NCBI GenBank assembly: GCA_035316905.1
Contig: DATHIE010000043.1
Span: 1-56,996, forward strand
Length of the DNA stretch: 56,996 nt
Origin: Chryseolinea sp.
GTDB lineage: Bacteria > Bacteroidota > Bacteroidia > Cytophagales > Cyclobacteriaceae
Direction: 5' to 3'
A model generated the notes under the pieces. That model searched no databases and was not told the origin of the DNA. It saw only the letters and a program-made list of their open reading frames with translations. Positions 45,275 through 54,543 of this stretch are shown in pieces (within the stretch, counting starts at the first letter, position 1; every line of letters starts with the position of its first letter). The position numbers and the translations under genes are program-made.

Positions 45275-46712
45275 GAATTCATTTATTTACTCGTTGACAA
45301 CCTTTGTTCAGAAAGGTCTTGTCTTCCTGCTATTGCCGCTTTATACTCATTACTTACCTCCTCATGAATTCGGGATTGTTACCGTAATGCTGGCCATCAG
45401 TTTTATCTGCTCTTCGTTTTTTACGTTCGGTCTGGATAGCGCCATTCTAAGATTCTATTATGATGGAAAACAAGACGCACAACAATTTAAGAAGCTGTTC
45501 GGCACGTTGCTAATTGCTCTTTTTTTTATTTCACTCTTTGTCTTTGTCCTCGCAGTGACGTTACTTTCTCCAGTTGTACAATTCTTCATGGACAACATAC
45601 CTTTTTATCCTTATGCCTACATTGGTTTTGCAATCGTTGTGTTCCAACCATTATATAATCTGTGTCTTGCATTTCTTCAGGCTAAGCATCAAGCTGGCAG
45701 TTATAGTTTTCTCAGCTTTATGTATTTCATTATCAACATCGGGTTCATGATTTTCTTTGTCGTGGTCCTCCGCATGGGTGCCATTGGATATTTGCTATCG
45801 ATCCTTGTTGCACAGGTCTTATCAAGCGCTGCCGGTCTATGGATCCTTCGGAACGAATTTCTCTTTAATTTCCAGATACAATTTCTTAAAGAGGCAATGA
45901 GGTACTCAATGCCTTTGATACCTCATTCCCTGGCGAGTCAGGCGGCCGGATATGCCGACCGTATTATTCTAAACAAATTCCTGAATACAGGCATGGCAGG
46001 GATCTACCATCTTGGGTATGTTCTAAGCATGCCCATTGAGGTGCTGACATTTAGCATCAACAGGGCGTATACACCTCTGTTTTTTAAACACGTGGAGGAA
46101 AAAAAAGAGGACCTTTCCGAGGTCGTAGATGTTGCACTGGTAATAACCTTGATCTACCTCTTTTTCAGCACGGCGTTGGCCCTGTTCTCGTTTGAAATTG
46201 TCAGCTGGTTTTTCAGTGAAAATTTTCTCTCAGCTTATAAGGTGATTCCTTTTATAAGTTTTTCGTTTGCCAACACAGGACTCTATTATCTGTTCAGCAC
46301 AGTTTTATTTTACGACAAAACGTTGACTAAATTTGTTCCGATCAGTACAGTAATTGCAGCGATAACAGTCATTGCGCTTGACCTCATCCTTGTTCCCGAG
46401 ATCGGTTTTCTTGGGGCGGGTATTGCCATTTATTCAGGGCAGTTGACGCTTGCCATCCTGGCGTATTGCTTTTCACGGAACAAAATTATCCACTGGCCAT
46501 TATCAAAAATAATTTCGTGCTATCTGATTGCAGTGGGCATTTCGGCGGCAGGTATTGTCATAAGCAGCAATTTGCCTGGCTTATTTTTTGCCATCGGACT
46601 AAAGCTGATTCTTCTCTTAGTGTTGGTATTGTTCTGCAGCTGGATATATTACCATAACATGCTCCAGATTTTTAAGCATATTCTCAATGTTCTAAAGAGC
46701 TTGAAAAAGTGA
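45255..46712 (+). CDS. wzx: Wzx O-unit flippase (MOP family)
   Basis: NS.IY......K...FLLLPLYT.YL.P.EFG, YS.PLIPH, DRIIL.K......GIY; about 14 TM. Confidence 0.88.
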   Translation: MQKALFKNSFIYSLTTFVQKGLVFLLLPLYTHYLPPHEFGIVTVMLAISFICSSFFTFGLDSAILRFYYDGKQDAQQFKKLFGTLLIALFFISLFVFVLAVTLLSPVVQFFMDNIPFYPYAYIGFAIVVFQPLYNLCLAFLQAKHQAGSYSFLSFMYFIINIGFMIFFVVVLRMGAIGYLLSILVAQVLSSAAGLWILRNEFLFNFQIQFLKEAMRYSMPLIPHSLASQAAGYADRIILNKFLNTGMAGIYHLGYVLSMPIEVLTFSINRAYTPLFFKHVEEKKEDLSEVVDVALVITLIYLFFSTALALFSFEIVSWFFSENFLSAYKVIPFISFSFANTGLYYLFSTVLFYDKTLTKFVPISTVIAAITVIALDLILVPEIGFLGAGIAIYSGQLTLAILAYCFSRNKIIHWPLSKIISCYLIAVGISAAGIVISSNLPGLFFAIGLKLILLLVLVLFCSWIYYHNMLQIFKHILNVLKSLKK

Positions 46713-46785
46713 TGGCCGATGCCCGATGTATCCGAATCATTTTCATCGGTGTTTCAAAAGGAGACTCACTTTCCTAATAATTTAA

Positions 46786-47913
46786 CTATTTGTCAAAGTA
46801 TTTAGAAACAGCCCCCGTGATGAATTCCAGCTGTTCGTCATTCATCTCTGTATGAATCGGAAGTGATAGTACAGACTTCGATAGTTTTTCCGTGAAGGGA
46901 AAAGATCCTTCGCCAAAATCTTTTTGCCGGTAAGCGTTTTGCATATGCAACGGCACAGGGTAGTAAATCATAGTGGGAATTCCAGCGGACGCGAGATGCT
47001 CCTTCAACCCATTGCGTTTTCCTTCAACCTTGATAGTGTACTGATGAAATACATGCGTGGAGTTAGGTGCACGCTTAGGCAACTCAAGTCCATTGATTCC
47101 ATTTAAACTCTTGTCGTAGTGTGCGGCTGCTTCGTTCCTCTTGCGCGCATATTCGTCGAGATAGTTCAGCTTGACTTTCAGTATCGCTGCCTGCAGCGTG
47201 TCCAGCCTGCTATTGACACCAATGATATCGTGGTGATATTTAATTTTTTGTCCATGGTTGGCGATCATCCTTATTTTTTCGGCAAGGTTTTCGTCTCTTG
47301 TCAATAGCGCACCACCGTCGCCATAACAACCCAGGTTTTTGGATGGGAAAAAAGATGTTGTTCCGATGATCCCCATCGTTCCGGCTCGGCGGGTCTTTTT
47401 ATTGCTGAAGGAATACTCCGCGCCAAGCGCCTGCGCAGCGTCTTCTATGACATGAAGATTGTATTCCGACGCAAGCGCAAGAATCTGCTCCATATCCGCA
47501 CATTGACCATACAAATGAACAGGTACGATCGCAACCGTTTTTTTGGTGATCTTCTTTTCAATACGCGTGATATCGATGTTGAATGTCTTTTCATCAACGT
47601 CAACAAATACTGGCTTCAGTCCTAACAATGCAATAACCTCGGCGGTTGCAACGTAGGTATGAACAGGAAGGATTACCTCATCGCCCGGCTTGAAATCGAG
47701 AGCCATCATAGCGATCTGCAATGCATCCGTTCCGTTGGCACAGGGAATGACGTGTGGCACATCAACGTATTTTTCCATCGCCCTTGCAAATTCACTCACT
47801 TCTTTGCCTTGAATGAATGCAGTCGAGGTCAGTACATTTTGGATGGCATCATCTATCTCTCTCTTGATCCGGAGGTATTGGTTCTGAAGGTCCACCATTT
47901 GAATCTTTTCCAT
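46786..47913 (-). CDS. wbpE: DegT/DnrJ aminotransferase (WbpE/WlbC-like)
   Basis: CANGTDAL, VHLYGQ, EDAAQA, SFFPSKNLGCYGDGG, NSRLDTLQAA; context with wbpB/wbpD. Confidence 0.82.
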   Translation of the reverse strand: MEKIQMVDLQNQYLRIKREIDDAIQNVLTSTAFIQGKEVSEFARAMEKYVDVPHVIPCANGTDALQIAMMALDFKPGDEVILPVHTYVATAEVIALLGLKPVFVDVDEKTFNIDITRIEKKITKKTVAIVPVHLYGQCADMEQILALASEYNLHVIEDAAQALGAEYSFSNKKTRRAGTMGIIGTTSFFPSKNLGCYGDGGALLTRDENLAEKIRMIANHGQKIKYHHDIIGVNSRLDTLQAAILKVKLNYLDEYARKRNEAAAHYDKSLNGINGLELPKRAPNSTHVFHQYTIKVEGKRNGLKEHLASAGIPTMIYYPVPLHMQNAYRQKDFGEGSFPFTEKLSKSVLSLPIHTEMNDEQLEFITGAVSKYFDK

Positions 47914-48018
47914 AAGCACGGCCTTGCAGGCTGTTAAGAATTAAAGTAGTGTAGCAGCAAATTAATTCTGCATCAGTCTTGATCGTGACCGTTTATCCAG
48001 CTCATGATTAATGCAGGT

Positions 48019-48070
48019 CACAAAGGCCACGAAGAACCACGAAGTCCACCCCGATAATTATCGGGGCAAA
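48019..48070. repeat. CAC(G/A)AAG tandem units interrupted by a perfect 18 bp palindrome CCCCGATAATTATCGGGG (48049-48066)
   Basis: Read directly: TCACAAAGG CCACGAAGAA CCACGAAGT CCA[palindrome]CAAAA. Confidence 0.75.
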
Positions 48071-48092
48071 ATTTCCTTGTTTGAACACTAGG

Positions 48093-49121
48093 TTAGTTAA
48101 TATTTCTAATCTTCTTTTCCCATTGCCAGGCATGAAGCAATGATTCTTCAAGTGTGTATTTGGTTTTCCAATCAAATGCCTTGTTTACTTTCTGCGGATC
48201 AGCATAGACTTTCTCCACATCGCCAGGCCGCCGCGGGCCCATTGCATACGGAACATTAACTCCAGTGGCCTTTACAAATTTTTGAATAAGCTGAAGGACG
48301 GAGACGCCAACGCCGGTACCAAGATTAAATACTTCGTAAAGCTGTTCTTCTGATCTGCCCGAGAGGAACTCCATCGCTTTTACATGAGCAATAGCAACAT
48401 CAACAACATGGATAAAGTCCCGTATACACGTACCATCTGGCGTGTTGTAATCACTACCAAAAACTGTGAGCTGCTTACGTATACCCGCCGCAGTTTGTGT
48501 AACGTAGGGAACGAGATTGTTTGGAGTACCAATTGGAAGCTCTCCTAATAATGCTGTAGGATGCGCTCCGATTGGATTGAAATATCTCAACGAAACGATC
48601 CGGAATCCTGTCTTAAATGCATCTTCAAGTATTCGTTCACATACTTGCTTGGTCGCGCCATAGGGAGATTCAGCTCTTTTGAAAGGCGCACTTTCGTTGA
48701 CAGGAATATTATCCGGTTGTCCATACACGGTACACGAAGAAGAAAAAATAAGATCGGTGACGTTGTTTTCCTGCATCACCTCCAAGAGTGCAACAAGGGA
48801 TCCGACATTGTTTCCGTAATAGTCTAACGGATGTTCTACTGATTCCCCTACTGATTTGAACGCGGCAAAATGTAACACACATGTTATCGGTCCAATCGAC
48901 TTAAATAGTTTGCTGAGGAAGTCCCGATCGCAACAATTTCCTTCAACGAATTCAATAGGCTTTTGAGTGATCTTTTTAATACCATCAAGGAGAGTAGTAT
49001 CGCTTCGCGAAAAGTTATCGATCACCACGGGATCATATCCGGCATTGATCAATTCGACGACAGTATGTGCGCCGATGTATCCGGCACCGCCGGTAAGAAG
49101 GATTCGTTTTTTTGAACTCAT
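48093..49121 (-). CDS. galE: UDP-glucose 4-epimerase
   Basis: TGGAGYIG.H, HFAAFKSVGESV, FSSSCTVYG, YGATK, LRYFNPIGAH, DGTCIRDFIHV. Confidence 0.94.
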   Translation of the reverse strand: MSSKKRILLTGGAGYIGAHTVVELINAGYDPVVIDNFSRSDTTLLDGIKKITQKPIEFVEGNCCDRDFLSKLFKSIGPITCVLHFAAFKSVGESVEHPLDYYGNNVGSLVALLEVMQENNVTDLIFSSSCTVYGQPDNIPVNESAPFKRAESPYGATKQVCERILEDAFKTGFRIVSLRYFNPIGAHPTALLGELPIGTPNNLVPYVTQTAAGIRKQLTVFGSDYNTPDGTCIRDFIHVVDVAIAHVKAMEFLSGRSEEQLYEVFNLGTGVGVSVLQLIQKFVKATGVNVPYAMGPRRPGDVEKVYADPQKVNKAFDWKTKYTLEESLLHAWQWEKKIRNIN

Positions 49122-49132
49122 CAGTGAACTGC

Positions 49133-50383
49133 TTAAAGCCTGGCTGTAACTTTGTTTTTATCAAGTATTCCCTTCACGTCGTAAATGACTGTCTTGTCAG
49201 AACACAAGTCCTTCCAATTGAGTTGTTTGAACTCATCGTGACCAACAGCCAGGATTATCGCGTGATACTTTTTATTAAGTTTTTCAATAAGGGAAAGATC
49301 ATACTCATGTTGGACTTCATTAACGTCGGCCAACGGATCATAAATATCAACTATAGTTCCGAAGCTTTGTAACTCCTTTACGATGTCAACAACTCTACTG
49401 TTTCTAATATCGGGACAGTTTTCCTTAAAGGTGATACCAAGTATGAGCACATTGGCCTTGTTTATAGGAAGATCGTTTCGCGCCATCAACTTTACAACAG
49501 TATTGGCGATGTGAATACCCATATTGTCATTGATCCTTCGTCCCGAAAGGATCACCTCTGAATGATATCCAAGGCTCTCTGCCTTATGAGTGAGATAATA
49601 CGGATCGACACCAATGCAATGGCCTCCCACAAGTCCCGGCTTGAAGGGCAGAAAGTTCCACTTTGTTCCAGCAGCTTCAAGTACCTCTTGCGTGTCAATG
49701 CCCATTCTTTCGAAGATCAAGGCAAGCTCATTCACAAACGCAATGTTCACGTCACGCTGTGAATTCTCGATCACCTTAGCAGCTTCTGCAACTTTTAACG
49801 ATGATGCCCTGTGTGTACCAGCGGTAATTATCTTCTTATAGAGCCGATCAACTTTGTCAGCGACTTCCGGAGTACTTCCACTTGTCACTTTTTTTATTGT
49901 AGTCACACGATGAAGCTTGTCCCCTGGATTGATCCGTTCGGGCGAGTAACCGCAGAAAAAATCAATATTGTACCGCAGTCCACTCGTTTTTTCGAGGATC
50001 GGCACACAAACTTCTTCCGTGCAGCCTGGATAAACTGTCGATTCGTAAATTACTATGTCACCTTTTTTAAGAACAGATCCTATAGTCCTGCTCGCACTTT
50101 CAAGCGGACGGAGATCTGGTTTCTTGAATTCGTCAATTGGCGTTGGTACAGTAATTATGAAATAGTTGGCCTCCTTCAGATCGTCAACAACAGATGAATA
50201 CGTGAGGTGTTTTGAAGTTGACAATTCCTCAGGTTCAACCTCCCTGGTGCGATCATGACCTCTTTTCAATTCTTCAATACGCTCTTTGTTTATGTCGAAA
50301 CCAATAACAGGCAATATTTTCCCAAACTCTACAGCCAAAGGCAATCCTACATAGCCTAAGCCAACAATTCCAATTTTTTCCAT
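49133..50383 (-). CDS. UDP-HexNAc 6-dehydrogenase (WbpO/TviB-like)
   Basis: GLGYVGLP, ESTVYPG, SPERINPG, KVIEN.QRD, GGHCIGVDPYYL, FKENCPD.RNS. Confidence 0.92.
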   Translation of the reverse strand: MEKIGIVGLGYVGLPLAVEFGKILPVIGFDINKERIEELKRGHDRTREVEPEELSTSKHLTYSSVVDDLKEANYFIITVPTPIDEFKKPDLRPLESASRTIGSVLKKGDIVIYESTVYPGCTEEVCVPILEKTSGLRYNIDFFCGYSPERINPGDKLHRVTTIKKVTSGSTPEVADKVDRLYKKIITAGTHRASSLKVAEAAKVIENSQRDVNIAFVNELALIFERMGIDTQEVLEAAGTKWNFLPFKPGLVGGHCIGVDPYYLTHKAESLGYHSEVILSGRRINDNMGIHIANTVVKLMARNDLPINKANVLILGITFKENCPDIRNSRVVDIVKELQSFGTIVDIYDPLADVNEVQHEYDLSLIEKLNKKYHAIILAVGHDEFKQLNWKDLCSDKTVIYDVKGILDKNKVTARL

Positions 50384-50392
50384 CGCGTCGAG

Positions 50393-51400
50393 TTATTTAT
50401 TATACTCCAAATACCAATCTACAAATTTGCTTACACCAATTTCTATTGGTGTGGATGGTTTAAAGCCGACTTCCCGCTTAAGATCTTCCACATCTGCACA
50501 TGTAGCTGATACATCGCCTTCCTGCATCGGCATTAGTTTTTTTATCGCTTTTTTCCCAAGTTTTTCCTCAATTATTTCAATGAAGGTTGTCAGTGATACC
50601 GGTTGGCTGTTGCCAACATTAAAGATCCTGTAGGGGGCAAAGCTTGTACCGGGATCTGGATCGGTGCCACTCCAATCAGTATTTGGCTTGGCCGATTTAG
50701 GAATTATCCGAGCAATGCTTTCAACGATGTCGTCTATATAGGTAAAATCACGTCTCATTTCACCATTATTATAAACCTCGATAGGACGTCCTTCCAATAT
50801 TGCTTTGGTGAAAATAAACAACGCCATGTCAGGACGCCCATAAGGACCGTAAACGGTAAAGAATCGCAGCCCTGTGGTCGGGATGTTGTACAAAGACGAA
50901 TAGGTATGAGCCATCAGCTCATTTGCCTTCTTTGAAGCCGCGTACAAGGAAATCGGGTGATCAACATTGTCATGTACCGAAAAAGGAATTTTCTTATTCG
51001 CACCGTATACCGAGCTTGAAGATGCATAAACAAGGTGCTTCACCGGATTGTGTCGGCAGGCTTCCAGAATGTTCATAAAACCAACCACGTTGCTCTCAAT
51101 ATATGCGTGAGGGTTGACCAGGGAATAGCGAACTCCAGCCTGCGCCGCAAGATTTACTACATATTCGAACTTATTACTTCCAAACAGCTGGTTGAGGTCT
51201 TCCCGATCAATAAGGTCGATCTTATGAAACTTGAAGTTTGGATTCCCTTCAAGAACGCGCAGCCTGGAATGCTTTAAGTTGACGTCGTAGTAATTGTTAA
51301 GATTGTCGATCCCGACTACGTTGAACCCAAGGTCGCAAAGCTTTTTTGTGAGGTGCGATCCGATAAATCCTGCCGCACCTGTAATTAGAATAGACTGCAT
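50393..51400 (-). CDS. UDP-glucuronate 4-epimerase-like NAD-dependent epimerase
   Basis: TGAAGFIG, NLAAQAGVRYS..NP, ASSSSVYG, YAASKK, RFFTVYGP.GRPDMA. Confidence 0.9.
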   Translation of the reverse strand: MQSILITGAAGFIGSHLTKKLCDLGFNVVGIDNLNNYYDVNLKHSRLRVLEGNPNFKFHKIDLIDREDLNQLFGSNKFEYVVNLAAQAGVRYSLVNPHAYIESNVVGFMNILEACRHNPVKHLVYASSSSVYGANKKIPFSVHDNVDHPISLYAASKKANELMAHTYSSLYNIPTTGLRFFTVYGPYGRPDMALFIFTKAILEGRPIEVYNNGEMRRDFTYIDDIVESIARIIPKSAKPNTDWSGTDPDPGTSFAPYRIFNVGNSQPVSLTTFIEIIEEKLGKKAIKKLMPMQEGDVSATCADVEDLKREVGFKPSTPIEIGVSKFVDWYLEYNK

Positions 51401-51423
51401 TAAATGACCCTGATTTTAGCGCA

Positions 51424-51431
51424 CAAAACTA
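51424..51431 (-). promoter_or_regulatory. -7 promoter element (TAGTTTTG) heading the minus-strand polysaccharide operon
   Basis: CAAAACTA on the + strand, 24 nt upstream of the 51400 start. Confidence 0.5.
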
Positions 51432-51490
51432 ATAGATTAGGTCGAATTTGTAATATTTTCTATTTTTCGGGATAATATATACTTAACCGC

Positions 51491-52333
51491 ATGGCCGAAC
51501 TGAAAACAAAGGAAGATCTCGACCTATTTGAAACGTTTCTTAAGGCCGTTCGGATCGTCGTCGTCCACTTTTGGCTTTTCGTCCTCTTCTTCCTTGGCGG
51601 TGCGGCTGTTGGAGCAATATTATTTTTCACATCTCCGAAAGTTTACGAGAGCAAGATGATTGTAAGCTCAAGCATACTTACAGATTCATACGTGAAAGTC
51701 ATGTTTGAAAATGCGTCAAAATATCTGAGACAGGGAAATTCTGACGTCCTGGCGGAACAGTTTCATATTTCGGAAGCTACTGCCAGGCAGATCTCTACGC
51801 TCGAAATTGAAAACCTCTCCAGCGTGCTGTCTAATTCACCAAAAGAAAACGACCGCTTTCTCATAACCGCAGAGGTTTATGACACGAAAATTCTACCTGA
51901 ACTTCAAAAGGGTTTAGTGACGTATCTCGAAAGCAACGACTTTGTCAAGGTTAGAGTTGAGCAGAATCGTTCACTTTATAAAGAAATGCTTAAATCAGTG
52001 GAGAAAGAGATACAGGATATGGAGGAACTTAAGAGAAGGATCTCTTCCGGCGATTTTTTTCAGGCTGCAAAAGGCAACATGATGTTTGATCCAACAACAG
52101 TTAATTCGAAGATCCTTGAATTGACCGAAAGGAAGATCGGTTACCAGAATAGTTTACAGCTAAGCAGCAGCGTGCAAGTCATAGACAAATTCACCAAGTT
52201 CAAGAGACATTCAAATCCGAAAATTTCAGTATTGATGATCTCCGGAGCGACAACCGGATTGATCTTGGCTGGGCTGATAATTTTTTATAAAGTCGTTAGA
52301 GGCCTTCTTTGGGAAACCAAACCTGCGAATTAG
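51491..52333 (+). CDS. Wzz-like polysaccharide chain-length determinant
   Basis: N- and C-terminal TM, P..Y.S motif, central coiled coil, Pro/Gly-containing TM2 region. Confidence 0.7.
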   Translation: MAELKTKEDLDLFETFLKAVRIVVVHFWLFVLFFLGGAAVGAILFFTSPKVYESKMIVSSSILTDSYVKVMFENASKYLRQGNSDVLAEQFHISEATARQISTLEIENLSSVLSNSPKENDRFLITAEVYDTKILPELQKGLVTYLESNDFVKVRVEQNRSLYKEMLKSVEKEIQDMEELKRRISSGDFFQAAKGNMMFDPTTVNSKILELTERKIGYQNSLQLSSSVQVIDKFTKFKRHSNPKISVLMISGATTGLILAGLIIFYKVVRGLLWETKPAN

Positions 52334-52339
52334 ATCATC

Positions 52340-52996
52340 ATGATCCTCGCACTCATTCAGAAAGAATTTACTCTGGAGCTTCGCCGCAAGAGTGTTATAT
52401 CAGGTATCGGCCTGTATCTATTCAGTCTTATATTCATTTGTTACCTGACATTCAGCCTTCGCCAAAGCGGCATCAACGAAGCAACATGGTCGGCGCTGTA
52501 TTGGCTCGCCATACTCTTTTCAATGGTCAATAGCGTAGCGAAAAGTTTCATAGGAGAAAAAAAGGGATCATTCATATACTTCTATACCGTCGCCAGTCCG
52601 CAGGCTATTATCCTTTCAAAGATTATTTACAATACGGTGCTGTGCCTCGTATTGTCGCTCAGCGGATTCCTCCTTTTTTCTCTCTTCATCGGCAACCCTG
52701 TTAAGGATCCGGCGATCTTTATTCTTACACTGGTTTTGTCGTCGTTTGGTTTTTCCGCCGCCCTTAGCCTGATCTCCGGTATTGCCTCAAAGGCCAACAA
52801 CAGCAGCATCCTTATGGCTGTGTTGAGTTTCCCCATTATCATCGCTCTGCTCCTGATGGCCATTAAGGTTACCAAGAATGCGCTCGACGGACTGGAACGC
52901 GACGCGAGCTTAGATGAGCTCCTCAACCTGTTCGCAATAAATTGTATTCTTACCGCTCTCGCGTATATTCTCTTCCCTTATATTTGGCGCAGCTAA
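52340..52996 (+). CDS. ccmB: Heme exporter permease CcmB
   Basis: ALI.KE..LE.R, about 6 TM, KSF..E, L..P...LL; first gene of the ccm cluster. Confidence 0.85.
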   Translation: MILALIQKEFTLELRRKSVISGIGLYLFSLIFICYLTFSLRQSGINEATWSALYWLAILFSMVNSVAKSFIGEKKGSFIYFYTVASPQAIILSKIIYNTVLCLVLSLSGFLLFSLFIGNPVKDPAIFILTLVLSSFGFSAALSLISGIASKANNSSILMAVLSFPIIIALLLMAIKVTKNALDGLERDASLDELLNLFAINCILTALAYILFPYIWRS

Positions 52997-53046
52997 ATGC
53001 CGGCTGACCGAATACATGGTGCAGCCGTATTTTACATTCTGATTCA

Positions 53047-53724
53047 ATGAAGAACTGGCTCAAAATAGTTGCTGTTGTATTGCTTTTCTATGTTCACATC
53101 GGTGGAATGTTATTCGACGTTCCCCGGCTTAACATCCTTAACGAAACGGTCCGAGCCCTATATTTTCACGTTCCAATGTGGTTTGGAATGGTGTTGTTAT
53201 TTCTGCTATCTGTTTATTACTCGATCATGTATCTAAGGAATCCTACACAGCGGTTAGATTACCTTGCAGTCGAATATGCTAACGCGGGCTTGCTCTTTGG
53301 CATTTTGGGAATGCTCACTGGAATGCTATGGGCGAACTATGCATGGGGCTCACCCTGGCACGGCGATCCCAAACAAAATGGAGCGGCTATCGCGCTATTG
53401 GTTTACCTCGCCTACTTTGTTTTACGCGGATCGGTCGAGAACGACGAACAGCGTGGCCGGCTTAGCGCGGTTTATAATATTTTTGCCTTTGCCGCGATGG
53501 TGCCGCTCATTTTTATTATTCCACGAATGACGAGTTCAATGCATCCTGGCAGCGGCGGCAATCCCGGTTTTAATATGTACGACCTGGACAACCGAATGCG
53601 CCTGATTTTCTACCCAGCGGTGATAGCTTGGTTTTTGATCGGCGTGTGGATCGTGTCCATCCGCGTTAAGGTGAGAACATTGGAAGAAAAAATACTTGAA
53701 CTGGAACATGGAAAAACTTATTAA
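53047..53724 (+). CDS. ccmC: Cytochrome c biogenesis protein CcmC
   Basis: YFHVP, G.LWA...WG.PW..DP (WWD domain), MHP. Confidence 0.88.
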   Translation: MKNWLKIVAVVLLFYVHIGGMLFDVPRLNILNETVRALYFHVPMWFGMVLLFLLSVYYSIMYLRNPTQRLDYLAVEYANAGLLFGILGMLTGMLWANYAWGSPWHGDPKQNGAAIALLVYLAYFVLRGSVENDEQRGRLSAVYNIFAFAAMVPLIFIIPRMTSSMHPGSGGNPGFNMYDLDNRMRLIFYPAVIAWFLIGVWIVSIRVKVRTLEEKILELEHGKTY

Positions 53725-53944
53725 GAATATTCTCAGGGTTGCCTTATTATTCGTTTCAGCCGTTGCTTACGGGCAGGCTGACCCTGAAATGGCCGATGTA
53801 ATGCGATCTGAAGGCAAAATCTACGTAGTGGTCGGTATTATCCTAATCGTCCTTACGGGCCTTGTCGTCTATCTTTTTATGCTTGACCGAAAAGTCAAAA
53901 GACTCGAAACCCTCCTCGGAGAAAAGAATTCGCCATCCAAATGA
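53708..53944 (+). CDS. ccmD: CcmD-family small membrane protein
   Basis: Lies between ccmC and ccmE; single TM followed by a basic LDRKVKRLE tail, with an N-terminal signal-like extension. Confidence 0.7.
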   Translation: MEKLIKNILRVALLFVSAVAYGQADPEMADVMRSEGKIYVVVGIILIVLTGLVVYLFMLDRKVKRLETLLGEKNSPSK

Positions 53945-53989
53945 GCCCTCTGAAGCCCAGATAACAGTCGGGACGATAGTCGGACCTTG

Positions 53990-54022
53990 TCCGCCTTCCC
54001 CGAGGTTCTCGGGGAAGGCGGA
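53990..54022. repeat. Perfect 15 bp GC-rich hairpin (nested palindromes) between ccmD and ccmE
   Basis: TCCGCCTTCCCCGAG-GTT-CTCGGGGAAGGCGGA. Confidence 0.8.
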
Positions 54023-54094
54023 AAGGTTTTCGAAAAATAATCACTGAATTTCTACCCATTTGTGTCTAATTTTGAGGCGATTGATAGAAGATCT

Positions 54095-54499
54095 ATGAAA
54101 AAATCGCACATTCTAATTTTGGTGGTAATTGCTGCGGCAATCGCTATTATAGTTTCGACGGCGGGCGATGCCAGCACTTATGTGACTTTTGATGAGGCCT
54201 ATACAATGGGGACCTCCGGAAATAAGAAGGAGATCCATGTCGTGGGTGAATTGAAGAAGGATAATAATGGCCATATTATTGGCATCGAGGAAGGTGACGA
54301 TAGAGTTTCGTTTTCCTTTGTGATGGTTGACGATAATGGCAAAGAACAAAAGGTGACCTATAATCAACCGATGCCAGCAGATTTTACCCGGTCAGAAAAA
54401 GTAGTTGTAATCGGAAGCTACCACGATGATAACTTCATGGCCAGTAAGATCTTGTTGAAGTGCCCCTCAAAGTATCAGGAACAAAAGGTAAATGTTTAG
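54095..54499 (+). CDS. ccmE: Heme chaperone CcmE (CxxxY type)
   Basis: N-terminal TM, OB-fold strands, ILLKCPSKY heme-binding motif; TAATTTTG at 54067 supports ATG 54095. Confidence 0.9.
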   Translation: MKKSHILILVVIAAAIAIIVSTAGDASTYVTFDEAYTMGTSGNKKEIHVVGELKKDNNGHIIGIEEGDDRVSFSFVMVDDNGKEQKVTYNQPMPADFTRSEKVVVIGSYHDDNFMASKILLKCPSKYQEQKVNV

Positions 54500-54543
54500 G
54501 AGGACGAACCACATCCTTCTTGCTTGGCCCATTAAAGTAAAAG

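Noticed and set aside
28340-46110. A7-A8 and T8 homopolymers in wzy and wzx as phase-variation tracts
   Set aside because: Short, in-frame and expected in AT-rich membrane-protein genes
34889-46785. Actively invertible (phase-variable) segment
   Set aside because: No recombinase in the window and no matching inverted repeats found at the two block ends
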